From Comamonadaceae bacterium (GTDB lineage: Bacteria; Pseudomonadota; Gammaproteobacteria; Burkholderiales; Burkholderiaceae_C), in NCBI GenBank assembly GCA_043777675.1, contig JAYWHR010000065.1, positions 9,992 to 73,991 on the forward strand: DNA of 64,000 nt, read 5' to 3'. Made by a program: the position numbers and the translations under genes. The notes beneath the pieces are model-generated. The model was not told the DNA's origin and searched no databases. It saw only the letters and a program-made list of their open reading frames with translations. Of the stretch, positions 49,384 to 58,877 are shown piece by piece. The stretch's first letter is position 1; every line of letters starts with the position of its first letter.

Positions 49384-50979
49384 ATGCAACAGCACACACC
49401 AGCGCCCCCGGCGCAGTTCAATTTCGCCGCCGATTTGATCGCCGCCAACGCGGCCCGCCCCAATAAAGTCGCTCTCATCGACGATGCTCTCTCGCTCACC
49501 TATGGCCAGCTTGCAGAGCAAATCAAAAGTACCGCTGCCGGCCTGCTAAACGCTGGCTTGCGCCGTGAAGAGCGCGTCTTGCTCCTGATGCACGATTGCA
49601 GCGATTGGGTCGTCTCCTTCCTCGGCTGCTTGTATGCGGGCGTGGTTCCCGTGGCGGTTAACACGCTGCTCACACCGGAAGACTACGCTTATATGCTGCA
49701 ACACAGCCGCGCCCAAGCGGCCTTGGTCTCTGGTGCGCTCGTGCCTGCACTGCAAGGCGGCATGCAACTCGCTTCGCAAAATGGCGGGCATGAAATCAAG
49801 GCAATTTATGTTTCCCGTGCAACTGCCGATCTGCCAGTGAGCTACAGGGCTTGGAGCACGTTGCTTGAAGCTGCGCCCTTGAGCAAGCCTTGCCCCACAT
49901 ACGCCGATGAAGCCGCCTTCTGGCTCTATTCTTCAGGCTCCACAGGCCGCCCCAAAGGCACTGTTCACACCCATGCCAATGCGTTTTACACCGCAGAGTT
50001 GTATGGCAAAGGCGTTTTGCAAATCACCGAGAAGGATGTGTGCTTCTCCGCCGCCAAGCTCTTCTTTGCTTATGGCTTAGGTAACGGCCTGAGCTTCCCG
50101 CTCGCCGTGGGCGCCACCGTGATTTTGATGGCCGAGCGGCCCACGCCGGATGCCGTCTTTAAACGCTGGAAAGGGCAGCTAGCCGGCATGAAATCTATCA
50201 AGCCTACTATCTTTTTCGGAGCACCCACAGGTTTCGCTGGCATGCTTGCTGCGCCCAATCTCCCAGCTAAAAACGAAGTGGCGTTGCGCATGTGCTCCAG
50301 CGCCGGCGAAGCCCTGCCCGCAGACATTGGCCAACGGTTTGAAAAACACTTCGGTGTACAAATCATCGATGGCATCGGCTCCACCGAAATGCTACATATC
50401 TTTTTATCCAACCAACCCGGCAAAGTCCGTTACGGCACCACGGGATGGGCTGTGCCCGGATATCAGGTTGAACTCAGAGGAGAGGGCGGTGGCGCTGTGC
50501 CCGACGGCGAGCCCGGTGAGCTCTACATCCAAGGCCCCACGGCTGCTCTCATGTATTGGCAAAACAGAGAAAAATCTCGCAACACTTTTCAAGGCGAATG
50601 GACGAAAAGCGGCGACAAATACGTCAAAAACTCTGACGGCTCATACACCTACTCAGGCCGCAGCGACGACATGCTCAAGGTCAGCGGTATCTACGTCTCT
50701 CCCTTCGAGGTGGAAGCCACACTCGTGCAACACAGCGCCGTGTTAGAGGCCGCCGTCATCGGCAAAGAAGATCACGAGGGGCTTACAAAAACCAAAGCCT
50801 TCGTCGTCTTAAAAGACGGGCATTCGGCCACCGAAGAAGAACTCAAAGCCTTCGTCAAAGGCCTTCTCGCGCCCTACAAATATCCGCGCTACATTGAGTT
50901 TGTGCGCGAATTGCCCAAGACGGCGACGGGGAAGATTCAGCGGTTTAAATTGCGAGATTTGGAAGCTTCGCGTCATTGA
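49384..50979 (+). CDS. bclA: Benzoate-CoA ligase
   Basis: FNFA.DL, LYSSGSTGRPKG, KLFFAYGLGN, DGIGSTE.LHIF, KTATGKIQRF. Confidence 0.9.
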   Translation: MQQHTPAPPAQFNFAADLIAANAARPNKVALIDDALSLTYGQLAEQIKSTAAGLLNAGLRREERVLLLMHDCSDWVVSFLGCLYAGVVPVAVNTLLTPEDYAYMLQHSRAQAALVSGALVPALQGGMQLASQNGGHEIKAIYVSRATADLPVSYRAWSTLLEAAPLSKPCPTYADEAAFWLYSSGSTGRPKGTVHTHANAFYTAELYGKGVLQITEKDVCFSAAKLFFAYGLGNGLSFPLAVGATVILMAERPTPDAVFKRWKGQLAGMKSIKPTIFFGAPTGFAGMLAAPNLPAKNEVALRMCSSAGEALPADIGQRFEKHFGVQIIDGIGSTEMLHIFLSNQPGKVRYGTTGWAVPGYQVELRGEGGGAVPDGEPGELYIQGPTAALMYWQNREKSRNTFQGEWTKSGDKYVKNSDGSYTYSGRSDDMLKVSGIYVSPFEVEATLVQHSAVLEAAVIGKEDHEGLTKTKAFVVLKDGHSATEEELKAFVKGLLAPYKYPRYIEFVRELPKTATGKIQRFKLRDLEASRH

Positions 50980-51212
50980 GCGTACATTGGTAGTACGCTG
51001 TGGCCTGAGATGACTGAAATCGGGCGCCCTCATGGTGGAGTACCACAAATCGGTCGCCCAATTTCAGTCATCTCAGACCGTCTTGTACAACGCGACCGGC
51101 TACGAGCGAAGACCTTTCGAGTAGCCAACAGGCCGCGAGTGTGAGGCTTTGCGACTGACCGATTTGTGGTACTCCACCATGAGGGCAGGCGCAAAGCCTC
51201 ACACTCGCAGCC
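50979..51212. repeat. Multi-hairpin intergenic element with 30-bp perfect inverted repeat
   Basis: Stems 50979-85/50993-99, 51005-20/51061-76, 51098-103/51121-26, 51135-53/51190-208. Sequence 51026-51055 is the exact reverse complement of 51157-51186. Confidence 0.8.
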
Positions 51213-51251
51213 GCTCTATCCACGCAGCCATCAACAGCCAGCCAACAACCT

Positions 51252-52364
51252 ATGCAAAACCTAGACAGCCTCCAAGGCATCAAAGTCATCGATCTATCGC
51301 GAGTACTCGGCGGCCCCTACTGCACGCAAATCTTGGCAGACCACGGCGCAGATGTTTTGAAAATCGAGCCACCTCAAGGGGACGAGACACGCGGCTGGGG
51401 CCCGCCATTTAATGCACATGGCACAGCCAGCTATTTCCTAGGTCTGAACCGCAACAAACGCGGCACGACCATGGATTTGTACGATCCCGCGCAGCGCGAA
51501 GCTTTGATGAAGTTGCTCGAAGATGCCGATGTGCTCGTGGAGAATTTCAAAACGGGCAGCATGGAAAAATGGGGTATTGGGTTTGACACACTGCATGCCA
51601 AATTCCCTCGCCTCATCCATTGCCGAGTGAGTGGTTTCGGCGCAGATGGGCCGATGGGCGGCTTGCCCGGCTATGACGCTGCGATTCAAGCTTTAGCTGG
51701 CCTGATGAGCATCAATGGCGAAAAGGGCGGCGAGCCGCTCCGTATGGGCATCCCCATCGTCGATATTGCCACCGGTATGAGCGCCGCCATGGGCATCTTG
51801 CTCGCGCTGCATGAGCGCGACAAAGGCGGAGGAAGCGGATTGGGTCAGTTCGTCGAATCCAGTCTCTACGACAACGGCTTAGCGCTGCTGCACCCTCATA
51901 GCGCCAACCATTTGCTCGATGGCCGCGTGCCCGGCCGCAGCGGCAATGCGCATCCCAATATCGTGCCCTACGACACCTTTGCCACAGGCACTGAGCCGAT
52001 CTTCCTCGCCGTGGGCAACGACCGGCAATTTGCCACCCTCGTGCAGACCATCGGTGCGCCCGATCTCGCCACCGATCCGCGCTTCGTCAACAACGGTCAG
52101 CGCAACCTCAACCGCGTCGCCCTCAAAGCCGCTTTAGAGGAAAAACTTGCCCTCTTCGCTGGCAAACCGCTGGCAGATCAACTCGTGCGCGCAGGCGTGC
52201 CCTGTGCCCCCATCCAAGACGTGAAAGCCGCGCTGAGCGACGAGCACACCTTGCACCGCGAGATGATCGTCAATATCGGTGAATATCAAGGCGTCGCCTC
52301 TCCCATCAAGCTCAGCCGCACGCCTGCGACCTACCGCTTACCACCGCCAGAGCGAAACAAATAG
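51252..52364 (+). CDS. Family III (CaiB/BaiF) CoA-transferase
   Basis: DLSRVLGGP, GADVLKIEPP.GD, LNRNKR, ENFK.G, PGYD..IQA. Confidence 0.9.
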   Translation: MQNLDSLQGIKVIDLSRVLGGPYCTQILADHGADVLKIEPPQGDETRGWGPPFNAHGTASYFLGLNRNKRGTTMDLYDPAQREALMKLLEDADVLVENFKTGSMEKWGIGFDTLHAKFPRLIHCRVSGFGADGPMGGLPGYDAAIQALAGLMSINGEKGGEPLRMGIPIVDIATGMSAAMGILLALHERDKGGGSGLGQFVESSLYDNGLALLHPHSANHLLDGRVPGRSGNAHPNIVPYDTFATGTEPIFLAVGNDRQFATLVQTIGAPDLATDPRFVNNGQRNLNRVALKAALEEKLALFAGKPLADQLVRAGVPCAPIQDVKAALSDEHTLHREMIVNIGEYQGVASPIKLSRTPATYRLPPPERNK

Positions 52365-52426
52365 CGCCGAACGCCGTCTCACCAAGCCCTGCGCGACAAT
52401 CTGCCATCGCAATTTAGGAAACCCCC

Positions 52427-53215
52427 ATGACCCTCTCGCTTAAAAACAAAACCGCCCTCATCACAGGCTCCACCAGTGGCATCGGCCTAGGCATTGCCAT
52501 TGAGCTTGCCAAGCAAGGCGCGAATATTGTGCTCAACGGTTTCGGAGACGCGGCAGCCATTGAAGCCGCTCGCTCGCAGGTAGCCGCGCAAGGCGTACGC
52601 GTGGCCTACCACGGGGCAGATATGAGCAAGCCCGCTGAGATCGAGCAGCTCATCGCATTTGCCGCCCGAGAATTCGGCATGGTCGATATCTTGGTGAACA
52701 ACGCAGGCATTCAGCATGTGAGCCCGGTGGAGAATTTCCCTGTTGAAAAGTGGGATGCTATTCTGGCCATCAATTTATCCAGCGCCTTCCACACCACACG
52801 CTTGGCCATGCCCGGGATGCGCGCCAAAAATTGGGGCCGCATCATCAACATCGCCTCAGCGCATGGCTTGGTGGCCTCCCAAGACAAATCCGCCTACGTC
52901 GCTGCCAAACATGGCCTCGTGGGTTTTACCAAATCCATCGCACTAGAAACAGCCACCACCGGCATCACAATCAACGCCATCTGCCCAGGCTGGGTGCTCA
53001 CGCCCTTGGTGCAAAAGCAAATCGACAATCGCGCTGAGCGTGAAGGCATCAGCGTGGATCAGGCCAGCAAAGATCTGCTGGGCGAGAAGCAGCCCTCGCT
53101 CCAATTCACCACACCCCAGCAGCTCGGCGAACTTGCCGTCTTCCTCTGCCAAGAGGCAGCAGCTAACGTGCGTGGTCAGGCTTGGGCAGTGGATGGCGGG
53201 TGGACAGCGCAGTGA
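52427..53215 (+). CDS. bdhA: D-3-hydroxybutyrate dehydrogenase
   Basis: TGSTSGIG, NNAGIQHV, SAHGLVAS..KSAYVAAKHG, WVLTPLVQKQI. Confidence 0.9.
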   Translation: MTLSLKNKTALITGSTSGIGLGIAIELAKQGANIVLNGFGDAAAIEAARSQVAAQGVRVAYHGADMSKPAEIEQLIAFAAREFGMVDILVNNAGIQHVSPVENFPVEKWDAILAINLSSAFHTTRLAMPGMRAKNWGRIINIASAHGLVASQDKSAYVAAKHGLVGFTKSIALETATTGITINAICPGWVLTPLVQKQIDNRAEREGISVDQASKDLLGEKQPSLQFTTPQQLGELAVFLCQEAAANVRGQAWAVDGGWTAQ

Positions 53216-53230
53216 TCTGCATTCCTGTGC

Positions 53231-53273
53231 ACTACTAAATCAATAGCGCTCCACGCTGTATTTATTCCGGCTA
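53231..53273 (-). repeat. 43-bp repeat, copy 8 (intergenic, after bdhA)
   Basis: Reverse complement tagccggaataaatacagcgtggagcgctattgatttagtagt. Confidence 0.8.
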
Positions 53274-53341
53274 TGCAGCCAAAAAGCCTTAAAAATCCAC
53301 TAAAAAATCTGCTCAGCGGCGCAAATCAGCGCCACTGAACT

Positions 53342-54430
53342 TCAAGTATCTTTGCTAATCTTGATAGAAGGAAACTTCGATGAAAAATCTTTGGCTTTCG
53401 CAGCAATCTTGATCGCCACTTGTCGCGCGACAGCTTTGTAGATTGTGGCAATCTCCCCATCTGGATCGGTCACCATCGTGGGGCGGCCGCTGTCTGCATT
53501 GACGCGGATGCTCATATTAAGTGGCAACGCGCCGAGGTAATCGATGCCCTTTTCCGCCGCATAGCGTTTGCCGCCATCTTCGCCAAAGATATGCTCGGTG
53601 TGGCCGCATTTTTCGCAGACGTGGACTGCCATGTTCTCCACCACGCCCAGAATCGGCACACCCACTTTTTCGAACATTGCCACGCCTTTTTTCGCATCCA
53701 GCAAGGCAATGTCTTGCGGTGTGGTGACGATCACAGCGCCTGTCATGGGCACGCGCTGGCTGAGCGTAAGTTGAATATCGCCGGTGCCAGGGGGCATATC
53801 GACGATGAGGTAATCCAAATCTTTCCAATTGGTTTGGCGAATCAGTTGCTCTAGCGCCTGAGTGGCCATGGGGCCGCGCCAGATCATGGCTTCGTCTTGG
53901 TTGACAAGGAAGCCTATGCTCATCACCTGCACGCCGTAGTTTTCCATGGGCTCCATGGTCTTGCCGTCTTCACTCTCTGGGCGGCCTTCAATGCCCATCA
54001 TCATGGGCTGGCTCGGGCCATAAATATCGGCATCCAAAATGCCCACGCGCGCGCCCTCGGCGGCCAGCGCGAGCGCGAGATTCACCGTGGTGGTGCTCTT
54101 GCCCACGCCGCCTTTGCCCGAAGCCACGGCTACGATGTTTTTTACCGTAGGCATGAGCGCCACACCGCGCTGAGCCGCATGCGCGACGATTTTGACTGTG
54201 ACATTGCAAGAGACGTTGTCCACGCCCGCCACGCTTTTGGCGGCTGCGATCAGCGCTTTGCGAAATGCCGGAATCTGGCTCTTGGCCGGGTAGCCCAGCT
54301 CCACATCAAAGGCCACATCGCCCTCGGTGACGGTGAGGTTTTTGATGCATTTGCTAGAGACAAAATCTTTACCGGTATTGGTGTCGATCACGCTTTTTAG
54401 CGCGTTGAGAATCTGTTCGTTGGTGGCCAT
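53342..54430 (-). CDS. apbC: Fe-S cluster carrier ApbC/Mrp
   Basis: SGKGGVGKST, DADIYGPS, WRGPM, DMPPGTGD, TTPQ, ENM..H.CEKCG. Confidence 0.95.
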   Translation of the reverse strand: MATNEQILNALKSVIDTNTGKDFVSSKCIKNLTVTEGDVAFDVELGYPAKSQIPAFRKALIAAAKSVAGVDNVSCNVTVKIVAHAAQRGVALMPTVKNIVAVASGKGGVGKSTTTVNLALALAAEGARVGILDADIYGPSQPMMMGIEGRPESEDGKTMEPMENYGVQVMSIGFLVNQDEAMIWRGPMATQALEQLIRQTNWKDLDYLIVDMPPGTGDIQLTLSQRVPMTGAVIVTTPQDIALLDAKKGVAMFEKVGVPILGVVENMAVHVCEKCGHTEHIFGEDGGKRYAAEKGIDYLGALPLNMSIRVNADSGRPTMVTDPDGEIATIYKAVARQVAIKIAAKAKDFSSKFPSIKISKDT

Positions 54431-54529
54431 AAGGTCTGCTAATTCGATGTTCGATGAAAGGGGGAATCGCTTGAGTGTACAGAAGCCCCATAAAATCAGG
54501 GATTCCCCCGATAAGAACTGCTCCTCGCC

Positions 54530-56605
54530 ATGTCAGCCAAACGCCAACTTTTCGTCACCACCGCCCTACCGTATGCCAACGGCAAATTCCACATCGGCCA
54601 CATCATGGAATATATTCAGGCTGATATTTGGGTGCGTTTCCAGCGGATGCAGGGGCATGACGTAAATTTTGTGTGTGCAGACGATGCACATGGCGCGCCG
54701 ATCATGATCGCAGCTGAAAAGGCTGGTAAAACACCGCGCCAGTTTGTGGACGACATTGCCGCTGGCCGCAAAGAATACTTAGATGGCTTTCACATCAGCT
54801 TCGACAACTGGAGCCACACCGACAGCGAAGAAAACCACGAACTGTGCCAAACCATTTATCAAGACCTAGACAAAATGGGCCTGATCGGCAAGAAAAGCGT
54901 AGAGCAGTTTTTCGATCCAGAGAAAAACATGTTTTTGCCAGACCGCTTCATCAAAGGCGAATGCCCCAAATGCGGCACCAAAGATCAGTATGGCGACAAC
55001 TGCGAAAACTGCGGCGCAGTGTATGCCCCCACCGATCTGAAAAATCCGTATTCCGCGCTCAGCGGCACCACGCCAATTCTCAAAAGCAGCGACCACTATT
55101 TCTTCAATTTGTCTGACTCTCGCTGCGTGGAATATCTAGAGAACTGGACGCAAGACGGCAAACTACAACCCGAAGTAGCCAACAAAGTCAAAGAATGGTT
55201 TTCAGTACGCACCAACCAAGACGGCAGTACGTCTGAGGGTTTAGCTGACTGGGACATCTCCCGCGACGCGCCCTATTTCGGCATCGAGATTCCCGGCGCG
55301 CCTGGTAAATATTTCTATGTGTGGTTTGACGCACCGATTGGTTATTTGGCATCGCTCAAAAATCTGCTCAATGAACGTGGTCAGGATTTTGATGCTTACA
55401 TCGCACCTAGTTCAGCAGTTGAGCAATACCACTTCATCGGCAAAGACATCGTTACGTTTCACACGCTCTTCTGGCCAGCAGTATTGAAGTTCAGCGGCCG
55501 CAAGACGCCGAATAACGTGTTTGTGCACGGCTTCCTCACCGTCAACAACGGTGAAAAAATGAGCAAGAGCCGTGGCACGGGTCTCGATCCTTTGAAATAC
55601 CTCGGCTTGAGTATGAACCCAGAATGGCTGCGCTATTACTTGGCCACCAAGCTGTCTGCACGCAATGAAGATATTGATTTCAACGCAGAAGATTTCATGC
55701 TGCGGGTGAATAGTGATTTGATTGGCAAGTATGTAAATATTGCGAGTCGTGCTGCTAAGTTTTTACCCAACGGCGCGCTGGCAGCATTTACGGATGATTC
55801 GCCGCACAAGTCGGGTGATCTACTCAAAAACGTTCGCGGCTTTTACGAAGAGCGTGAATATGGCAAAGCGCTGCGCGAGATCATGACGTTTGCTGACAGC
55901 GTGAATTCGCGATTCGATGGCGCTGCACCTTGGAAGCTCGTTAAAGAAGGCAAGGCAGAGCTTGCTGCAGAGAAAAGCTCGGAAGCCATTCAAATGTTTC
56001 GCATCATGAGCGCATGCTTGAAGCCGGTGATGCCTAGCGTTGTTGCGGCCGTTGAAAAATTTCTGCAATGTGAATCGCTCAGCTTTGAAAACGCAAGCCA
56101 GCCCTTGCCCATCGGCCACCGCGTGGGCAATTATGAGCACCTCATGCAACGCGTCACCTCAGAGCAACTTTCAAGCCTTTTTGAGCCTCCAGCCGGCATA
56201 GAATCTGCGCAAGTCGCTATTGAATCAGTAGCATCATCATTGCCCGGTGGCGAAGCGATTGCACAGAGCATCACGATTGACGACTTCGCCAAAATCGATC
56301 TGCGCATCGCCAAAATCGTTAACTGCGAAGCCGTGGAAGGCTCAACCAAGCTGCTGCGCTTGACGCTGGAAGTGGGCGAAGGCAAAACGCGGAACGTCTT
56401 CAGTGGCATCGCCAGCATGTACAAACCCGAGCAGCTCGTGGGCAAGCTGACGGTGATGGTGGCCAATCTCGCGCCGCGCAAGATGAAATTCGGCATCAGC
56501 GAAGGCATGGTGCTCGCAGGCAGCCATGCCGATGAAAAAGCCACGCCCGGTATTTACATCCTAGAGCCCTTCCCCGGCGCGCAACCAGGCATGCGCGTGC
56601 GTTAA
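54530..56605 (+). CDS. metG: Methionine-tRNA ligase
   Basis: ALPYANG..HIGH, Zn knuckle [25 protein letters not shown]-terminal tRNA-binding domain. Confidence 0.97.
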   Translation: MSAKRQLFVTTALPYANGKFHIGHIMEYIQADIWVRFQRMQGHDVNFVCADDAHGAPIMIAAEKAGKTPRQFVDDIAAGRKEYLDGFHISFDNWSHTDSEENHELCQTIYQDLDKMGLIGKKSVEQFFDPEKNMFLPDRFIKGECPKCGTKDQYGDNCENCGAVYAPTDLKNPYSALSGTTPILKSSDHYFFNLSDSRCVEYLENWTQDGKLQPEVANKVKEWFSVRTNQDGSTSEGLADWDISRDAPYFGIEIPGAPGKYFYVWFDAPIGYLASLKNLLNERGQDFDAYIAPSSAVEQYHFIGKDIVTFHTLFWPAVLKFSGRKTPNNVFVHGFLTVNNGEKMSKSRGTGLDPLKYLGLSMNPEWLRYYLATKLSARNEDIDFNAEDFMLRVNSDLIGKYVNIASRAAKFLPNGALAAFTDDSPHKSGDLLKNVRGFYEEREYGKALREIMTFADSVNSRFDGAAPWKLVKEGKAELAAEKSSEAIQMFRIMSACLKPVMPSVVAAVEKFLQCESLSFENASQPLPIGHRVGNYEHLMQRVTSEQLSSLFEPPAGIESAQVAIESVASSLPGGEAIAQSITIDDFAKIDLRIAKIVNCEAVEGSTKLLRLTLEVGEGKTRNVFSGIASMYKPEQLVGKLTVMVANLAPRKMKFGISEGMVLAGSHADEKATPGIYILEPFPGAQPGMRVR
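56190..56232 (+). repeat. 43-bp repeat, copy 9 (in frame in metG)
   Basis: cagccggcatagaatctgcgcaagtcgctattgaatcagtagc; encodes [15 protein letters not shown]. Confidence 0.88.
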
Positions 56606-56662
56606 TCACGCCGCCCTCAAAAAGCTCCGCTGGTCACATTTCATCTTTACATTGAAGCAGCT

Positions 56663-56705
56663 ATTTTGTACAATATTGCATTCTGAATGCATTTTTGTAC
56701 AAAAT
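56663..56705. promoter_or_regulatory. Palindrome overlapping the ATPase start, candidate operator
   Basis: ATTTTGTACAA-tat-TGCATTC-t-GAATGCA-ttt-TTGTACAAAAT. Confidence 0.5.
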
Positions 56706-57951
56706 GACCGCCTCGCAATTTTCTCATCCAACAGCAGCTCTCCAAAGTAGCATCGCTCGCCAAGCAGCGCCCGCAATAGCGCGGTTGGCGCGTGGTTTTC
56801 GAGTGCTCGCGCTCACCGGCCCGCGACAATCAGGCAAAACGACTCTTGCGCAACTGGCCTTCCCCGCTAAACCTTATGTGAGCTTTGAAGACCTAGAGGT
56901 TCGCCGCCGCGCTGAGCTTGATCCACGCGGGTTTCTGGCGATGTTCCCAGATGGCGCTATTTTTGATGAAGTGCAGCGCAGCCCTGATATTTTTTCCTAC
57001 CTGCAAACGCATGTGGATGCACGCCAGCGCATGGGGGACTTCATTCTCACTGGTTCGCAGCAATTTGGCCTCACGGCGAGCATCACCCAATCGCTCGCAG
57101 GGCGCGTGGCTATGCTGGATTTGTTGCCACTCTCGCTGGCAGAAATTCATGCCCATCAAGGCATGGCATTGGGTCGCAAGCGCTTATGGGATTTCATTTG
57201 GCGCGGCTCTTATCCCGCGCTGCATCATAAAACACAGCATGGCGCACCTGCGCTGGAGCCAGCAGATTGGTATTCATCTTATGTCGCTACATATATACAA
57301 CGGGATGTGAGGCAGATTTCTGGCGTGCAGGATTTGGGAAGCTTTGAGCGTTTTGTGCTGCTGTGCGCAGGCCGCGTAGGGCAATTGCTCAATCTGGCCT
57401 CGCTCGCTTCCGATTGCGGCATCAGCTTCAACACAGCTAAGCATTGGATCAGCGTCATGGAGGCCAGCTACATCATTCGCTTGGTGCAGCCTTGGCATGA
57501 GAGCTTTGGAAAACGGCTGGTGAAAATGCCCAAGCTGTATTTTTTAGATATGGGCTTACTGTGCTACTTGCTGCGTATTCGTGATCCTCTGGCCTTGGCA
57601 CAGCATGCTCTGCGTGGGCTGATTTTTGAATCGTGGGTAATCAGCGAAACGCTCAAATGGCGTGCGAACCAAGGCTTGCGAAGCGATGTGTATTTCTGGC
57701 GTGATAACCATGGCACGGAGATCGATCTGGTGTTCCCGCATGATGACTTGCTCTATGCGGTGGAGATCAAATCAGGCGAGACCTTCAGCGCAGACTGGCG
57801 AGCGGGCTGCGACAAGTTTGTCAAATACGCGGGTTCGCGTGCGGGTGCGCCCATCATCGTCTATGGCGGCTTGGAGAATTTTGAATTTTTGGGTTACTCT
57901 GTGCGCTCTTGGCATAGCTTATCTGGTGCACCCTCCAACGTATCACCGTAG
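56704..57951 (+). CDS. AAA_14-type ATPase with C-terminal DUF4143 / nuclease-like domain
   Basis: GPRQSGKTT, IFDEVQ, LTGS, SLAGR, KMPKLYF.D.G, EIDL...AVEIKS. Confidence 0.87.
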   Translation: MTASQFSHPTAALQSSIARQAAPAIARLARGFRVLALTGPRQSGKTTLAQLAFPAKPYVSFEDLEVRRRAELDPRGFLAMFPDGAIFDEVQRSPDIFSYLQTHVDARQRMGDFILTGSQQFGLTASITQSLAGRVAMLDLLPLSLAEIHAHQGMALGRKRLWDFIWRGSYPALHHKTQHGAPALEPADWYSSYVATYIQRDVRQISGVQDLGSFERFVLLCAGRVGQLLNLASLASDCGISFNTAKHWISVMEASYIIRLVQPWHESFGKRLVKMPKLYFLDMGLLCYLLRIRDPLALAQHALRGLIFESWVISETLKWRANQGLRSDVYFWRDNHGTEIDLVFPHDDLLYAVEIKSGETFSADWRAGCDKFVKYAGSRAGAPIIVYGGLENFEFLGYSVRSWHSLSGAPSNVSP

Positions 57952-58001
57952 CGTGTATAGAAACTCTTCCCTGCACACTCTTGAAGAGATAATATCGCAT
58001 C

Positions 58002-58829
58002 ATGAACGCCCAAACAGATCGCGAAAGCCAGGCTCTCCAAAAGACCGATGCATCCGCCTACCGCAACTACACCGCCCCGCAAGTGAGCGAGGCGCAGCAG
58101 CGGGTGCGGGAGTTTTATCGGCTCAACCACACGCATCAAACGCACGATTTCGCGAAGGCAAAGAAAGCAGATTTTTTGAGCTTTACGCGCCAGAAGATGA
58201 ACCTGTGGGATGCGCTGGATTACCTCAACACTTTGGTAGACGATTCAGATCCTGACACCGCGCTGCCGCAAATTGATCATCTTGTGCAAACGGCCGAAGC
58301 CATGCGCAAAGATGGCCAACCCGATTGGATGATACTCACGGGCTTTATTCATGATTTGGGCAAAGTGCTCTGCCTGTTTGGTGAGCCACAATGGGCTGTG
58401 GTGGGCGATACATTTCCCACGGGCTGCGCGTATTCATCAAAAATTGTTTATAGTGAATTTTTCGCGCACAACCCTGATTTGCACAAGCCAGAATTACAAA
58501 CGAAGTACGGCATTTATGCGCCCCATTGCGGCCTGGATCAAGTCCACATGAGTTGGGGGCATGATGAATATCTGTATCACCTGCTGCGCCATCATCTGCC
58601 GATGGAAGCGCTCTACATGATTCGTTATCACAGCTTTTACAGTTGGCACGTAGTGGGCCATTACGATCACCTGTGCAACGCGCAAGACCGCGCGATGCTG
58701 CCTTGGGTGCAGCGCTTCAATCCATATGATTTGTATTCCAAAAATCCAAATCGCCCTGTGCTCAGCGATGTGAAGCCGTATTACGAAGATTTGATGGCGA
58801 AGTATTTGCCTGCTGATATTCAGTTCTGA
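58002..58829 (+). CDS. Myo-inositol oxygenase (MIOX) family HD-domain diiron protein
   Basis: VDDSDPD, H..QTAEA.R, IHDLGK, QWAVVGDTFP.GC, SWGHDEY, IRYHSFY.WH, FN.YDLYSK. Confidence 0.9.
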   Translation: MNAQTDRESQALQKTDASAYRNYTAPQVSEAQQRVREFYRLNHTHQTHDFAKAKKADFLSFTRQKMNLWDALDYLNTLVDDSDPDTALPQIDHLVQTAEAMRKDGQPDWMILTGFIHDLGKVLCLFGEPQWAVVGDTFPTGCAYSSKIVYSEFFAHNPDLHKPELQTKYGIYAPHCGLDQVHMSWGHDEYLYHLLRHHLPMEALYMIRYHSFYSWHVVGHYDHLCNAQDRAMLPWVQRFNPYDLYSKNPNRPVLSDVKPYYEDLMAKYLPADIQF

Positions 58830-58877
58830 AGCCTGCTTTGAGTTAGTCATTGGCACACAGCTTGCTCTGAACCCAGT

